Shown here one piece after another: positions 60,932-64,000 of a stretch of 64,000 bases of DNA (positions are counted from its first letter, which is position 1; each line of letters begins with the position of its first letter). This DNA is from a virus. The translations under genes were made by a program, and so were the position numbers. The stretch lies in IMG/VR virus record IMGVR_UViG_3300042881_006586. One strand, written 5' to 3'. Below the pieces are notes generated by a model, which was not told the origin of the DNA, ran no database searches, and saw only the letters and a program-made list of their open reading frames with translations.

Positions 60932-61381
60932 ATGAAAATAACTTTAAACGAACTAAGACAACTTGTAAAAAGTGTTATTAGAGAAGAAGTATCACAAGGT
61001 GTTTTAGAGAATACATTTGAAGGTTGGAGTAAAATGCTATTTAGCATTGCTAAAGAAAAGGTAGAAGAGTTAAAAATTGGTGAAGAGCCTACTTTTACAA
61101 ACAGTGAAGATGCATTTTATGAAAATAAAAGACTTATAATTTCGACTATAGAAGAATCTTTAGCGGATTTAGGAGTTTTTGATGATAGAGAAAAAGAATA
61201 CGAACCAGTATCACATCTTCTTTCTTATTATGAACACAGTAGAAAGTTTTTTGCTGAAGTTATGAAAAAAATTATGGATAAATATAAGGATTATAAAGAA
61301 GATATGTCCTCTGAAGATTATGCTATAGTAGATATGTATAATTTATTAAAAAGAATAGTAATTTCTTATTATTTTGAATAA
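60932..61381 (+). CDS. Leader-family protein 4 (MKITLNELRQLVKSVIREE)
   Basis: Shared leader; TATTTAT at 60908. Confidence 0.75.
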   Translation: MKITLNELRQLVKSVIREEVSQGVLENTFEGWSKMLFSIAKEKVEELKIGEEPTFTNSEDAFYENKRLIISTIEESLADLGVFDDREKEYEPVSHLLSYYEHSRKFFAEVMKKIMDKYKDYKEDMSSEDYAIVDMYNLLKRIVISYYFE

Positions 61382-61450
61382 ATTTAATTAAATTTTTATT
61401 TTTCCATTTAAAGTTCTTATATTTGTTTCTTTAGAAACAAAAAATCTTAA

Positions 61451-62368
61451 ATGGAAGATATATTCAATATCATAATAAGAACTTTCGGAGCTCCGAAAAA
61501 AAAGAATATCCTAATAGGGCAAATCAGTGTTGATTGCCCTGTTTGTGATAGTGGACACCACAAAGGAAATCTTGAAATCAATATAGCCAAGAATATTTAT
61601 TCCTGTTGGGCATGTAGGGATAATGATGATGGTGTCAAGGGAAGAGATTTAAGATGGTTAATAAAGAAATATGGCTCTTTAGACGATTTTAAATATTATA
61701 ATGACATCTACCCCAATTTAACCTTTAAAACCTTAGAGAAGTCAAATGAAGAGGTTATACTCCCTTTGGAATATAAAAGATTCTCTAAAAGACATATCAA
61801 TCAAAAAGGATATGAAGAAGCATTGAACTATCTTTTGGAAAGAGGTTTATCTGAAGAAATAATCCAAAAATATCATATAGGTTTTTGTTCCGATGGGAAG
61901 TACTCAGGCAGAATAATAATACCTTCATTTGATATGTTTAGAGATTTGAATTATTTCATTGGAAGAGATTATACAGGAAATAATAAATTAAAATATTATA
62001 ACCATACCAATCAAAAGCAAGATATTATATTCAATGAATATTTTATCAATTGGGATGCTTCTTTGTTTCTTGTGGAAGGAGTATTCGACCATATAGTAAC
62101 TTACAATTCAATTCCTATACTTGGGAAGACTATTTCAAAAAAACTTATTGTTAATATCCAAAAGAATCTAAAAGGCAATCTTTATATCGCTTTAGATGGG
62201 GATGCATTAGATAGTGCAATAGCTCTTAAAAAACAATTGGATTTTGGCAATATTAAAGACAAGGTTCATTTGGTAGCCTTACCTAAAGATGAAGATTTAT
62301 CAAGTCTGTATCAAAAAAATGGTGCAGAAAACTATTATAATGTATTGAGAAACTATATCTTAAAATAG
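61451..62368 (+). CDS. dnaG: DNA primase (DnaG/gp61-like)
   Basis: Zn finger CPVC...CWAC, YLLERG, RIIIP, TOPRIM LVEGVFD and ALDGDA. TATATTTG -7 box at 61418. Confidence 0.88.
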   Translation: MEDIFNIIIRTFGAPKKKNILIGQISVDCPVCDSGHHKGNLEINIAKNIYSCWACRDNDDGVKGRDLRWLIKKYGSLDDFKYYNDIYPNLTFKTLEKSNEEVILPLEYKRFSKRHINQKGYEEALNYLLERGLSEEIIQKYHIGFCSDGKYSGRIIIPSFDMFRDLNYFIGRDYTGNNKLKYYNHTNQKQDIIFNEYFINWDASLFLVEGVFDHIVTYNSIPILGKTISKKLIVNIQKNLKGNLYIALDGDALDSAIALKKQLDFGNIKDKVHLVALPKDEDLSSLYQKNGAENYYNVLRNYILK

Positions 62369-62439
62369 TTTTCTACTATACTTTTGAGAATTCTATATCT
62401 CTAAATAAAAAGACTTCGAAAATATTTTCTTTTAAAATA

Positions 62440-62471
62440 TTTGGTTTCATCAAAAACATTATCTATCTTTG
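62440..62471 (+). promoter_or_regulatory. Bacteroidota-type promoter TTTG-N20-TATCTTTG
   Basis: 17 nt before ATG 62489. Confidence 0.75.
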
Positions 62472-62488
62472 TATCAAACAAACACAAA

Positions 62489-63322
62489 ATGATAAAAAAA
62501 ATAATTCATACTGCAGATTGGCATTTAGAGCCATACAAAAACCACAAGCGATTCCAAGATGCAATAGATGCTTTTATTGCTTCTATAGATAAAGAAATCG
62601 GTCATTTAGACTATGAAGAGTCAAGGCTTGTTATCGTAGGGGATTTATTTGACAATAGAAGCAAAGAACCTTCAAATGAAGCGTTTTCTATTATGTTTAA
62701 AACGCTGAAAAGGTTATCTGAAAAATATAAAACTATTATAACAATCGGAAACCATGACTACGATGTGAATAACAAATCAAAAATGGATTGTATCACACCT
62801 GTCTATGAAACTTTCAAAGAATTGGGTTGGGATTATGAAATAACTTATTTGAAGCATTCATGTATTTTTGAAGATGAGAATGTGGTCTTCTGTAACTATT
62901 CAAACTACGATGGAAATTTAAGACCTGATATTGAAAAGAGTTTAGAAGAGAATTCAGATAAAGTTCATATAGGTTTATTTCATGATGTAGTTCAAGGTTC
63001 TACCAACTTTTTTGATTACGATTTGACACAGCATCATGAAGGGGTAACTACTCCTGATGTTTTTAACGGATGTGACTTTGTTATGATGGGAGATATACAT
63101 AAGCACCAAGTGATAAAATATAAAGTTCCTGTTGCTTATAGTGGTAGTTTATACCAATTGAATTTTGGAGAAACAGTGAAAGGTCATGGGTATTTATTAT
63201 GGGATGTAGATACTAAGAAATTTAAATTTAAAGAAGTGGATATCTCACATGCCCTTTATAAAGTAAAGATTGATTCTTTTGAAGAGGCATTATCAGGAAA
63301 TTTTAAATTTATTAACCAATAA
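62489..63322 (+). CDS. Recombination nuclease (T4 gp47 / SbcD / Mre11-like; start revised to ATG 62489)
   Basis: HTADWH, GDLFD, GNHD, MGDIHKHQ, YSGSL.Q..FGE. Confidence 0.88.
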   Translation: MIKKIIHTADWHLEPYKNHKRFQDAIDAFIASIDKEIGHLDYEESRLVIVGDLFDNRSKEPSNEAFSIMFKTLKRLSEKYKTIITIGNHDYDVNNKSKMDCITPVYETFKELGWDYEITYLKHSCIFEDENVVFCNYSNYDGNLRPDIEKSLEENSDKVHIGLFHDVVQGSTNFFDYDLTQHHEGVTTPDVFNGCDFVMMGDIHKHQVIKYKVPVAYSGSLYQLNFGETVKGHGYLLWDVDTKKFKFKEVDISHALYKVKIDSFEEALSGNFKFINQ

Positions 63323-63332
63323 AGAGATTTTT

Positions 63333-63650
63333 ATGCAAGCTGAAAGATTAGTAAAATGTTTTCATGTTTCTCGCATGGTAAATAGACAATCCATTTTAGA
63401 AAAAGGTTTACTGACTTCTGATTCCGAATATTTTGGATACGAAAACAGATTATGTTTTTCTATTGATGAAAATAATTTAGGATTTGATTATGTAGGGTTT
63501 TATCATGTTGATATTTGGTCATTTGTTATGCCTGAAAGCAAATTAATACTTGATGCAGATGCAGATTTAGATTGCCACATGTATATTAATGAAAATGTTC
63601 TTCCTGAGAATTTAACATTAGAATATACAATAGATGAGGATATTATTTAG
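63333..63650 (+). CDS. Small protein with possible ADP-ribosyltransferase-like (Tpt1/KptA-type) N-terminal motif
   Basis: FHVS...NRQSILEKGL resembles YH.T...N..SI...GL; ends with a V.PE.L-like segment. Confidence 0.4.
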   Translation: MQAERLVKCFHVSRMVNRQSILEKGLLTSDSEYFGYENRLCFSIDENNLGFDYVGFYHVDIWSFVMPESKLILDADADLDCHMYINENVLPENLTLEYTIDEDII

Positions 63651-64000
63651 GAATTATTGCCGACAAATACATCAATAATAAAATAAGTTCCTTCTCTTCT
63701 TCCCTTTTTAAATACTATTGTCATTTCATTTTCTTCTTTATGCGCTACTAAATTATATCCAATTTTATCCACTTTAACCTTTAAAGTGACAATTTCCCCA
63801 TCTTTTATGCTATTAGTATTTAAATAGTTAATTATATTTTTTTTAGTAATACTTATTATATTTGCTAAATCTTTTAAGAATACTGAACCTTGTCCTGTTT
63901 TTTTATTATTTTCTATTTTATCTTTCAATTTATCATTAAATATAATATCCTTACTAAATATAGTATTAGTAGTAATTTTACCTGTTTTATATACAGTATT
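63647..64000 (-). CDS. Hypothetical protein, 5' end outside window
   Basis: Frame is open from 64000 to the stop at 63647. Confidence 0.55.
   Translation of the reverse strand, partial: NTVYKTGKITTNTIFSKDIIFNDKLKDKIENNKKTGQGSVFLKDLANIISITKKNIINYLNTNSIKDGEIVTLKVKVDKIGYNLVAHKEENEMTIVFKKGRREGTYFIIDVFVGNNS

Noticed and set aside
39796-63332. ORF-track starts at 40650, 62441 and 63270 (also 19601, 19776, 5193)
   Set aside because: These extensions run through promoter elements or upstream genes; downstream ATGs with A-rich leaders, or a frameshift for 5193, fit better.
1-64000. Stop-codon reassignment as seen in some Bacteroidota phages
   Set aside because: Genes are full length under the standard code, and TAG and TGA terminate genes at sensible positions (e.g. 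27402, 62368, 34846).
1-64000. CRISPR array, tRNA or rRNA genes, integrase
   Set aside because: Intergenic gaps are short and I saw no repeat-spacer arrays, cloverleaf signatures or recombinase motifs. tRNAscan-SE was not run.

Overview
This is a 64 kb, strongly AT-rich (roughly 70% A+T by eye), gene-dense segment of a large contractile-tailed (myovirus, T4-like/jumbo-type) phage genome. The host is most likely a Bacteroidota species: five TAnnTTTG host-type promoters (four with a spaced upstream TTG/TTTG box), A-rich starts without Shine-Dalgarno, a BT4734-like domain and SprB-like repeats all point that way. Layout: tail module (sheath, tube, chaperone pair, tape measure, tube initiator with OmpA-like insert, LysM/gp53-like, hub with two muralytic domains; 1-18 kb). 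Replication and nucleotide metabolism (SSB-like, 5'-3' exonuclease, DnaB with a class 3 intein, NrdB, and NrdA fractured by a split intein around a free-standing Vsr-like endonuclease; 20.6-32.9 kb). A minus-strand block (two metallophosphoesterases, Nudix, BT4734-like/SF2 helicase fusion; 33.6-40.5 kb). A baseplate/fibre module (40.6-58.9 kb). RuvC-like, DUF192, DnaG and gp47/SbcD-like genes (59-63.3 kb). Best leads: (1) four unrelated small proteins share an N-terminal M[KR]ITLxELRQx[VI]KxVIxE leader, each behind the same putative late-promoter motif, suggesting a capsid-targeting label for packaged cargo; (2) a perfect host-type parS palindrome; (3) apparent avoidance of GATC and the degenerate palindrome CYRG, strong enough to deplete Pro-Gly dipeptides; (4) a split-intein nrdA; (5) a probable +1 programmed frameshift in the tail chaperone. 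All assignments come from motif recognition by eye; no searches or counts were run.
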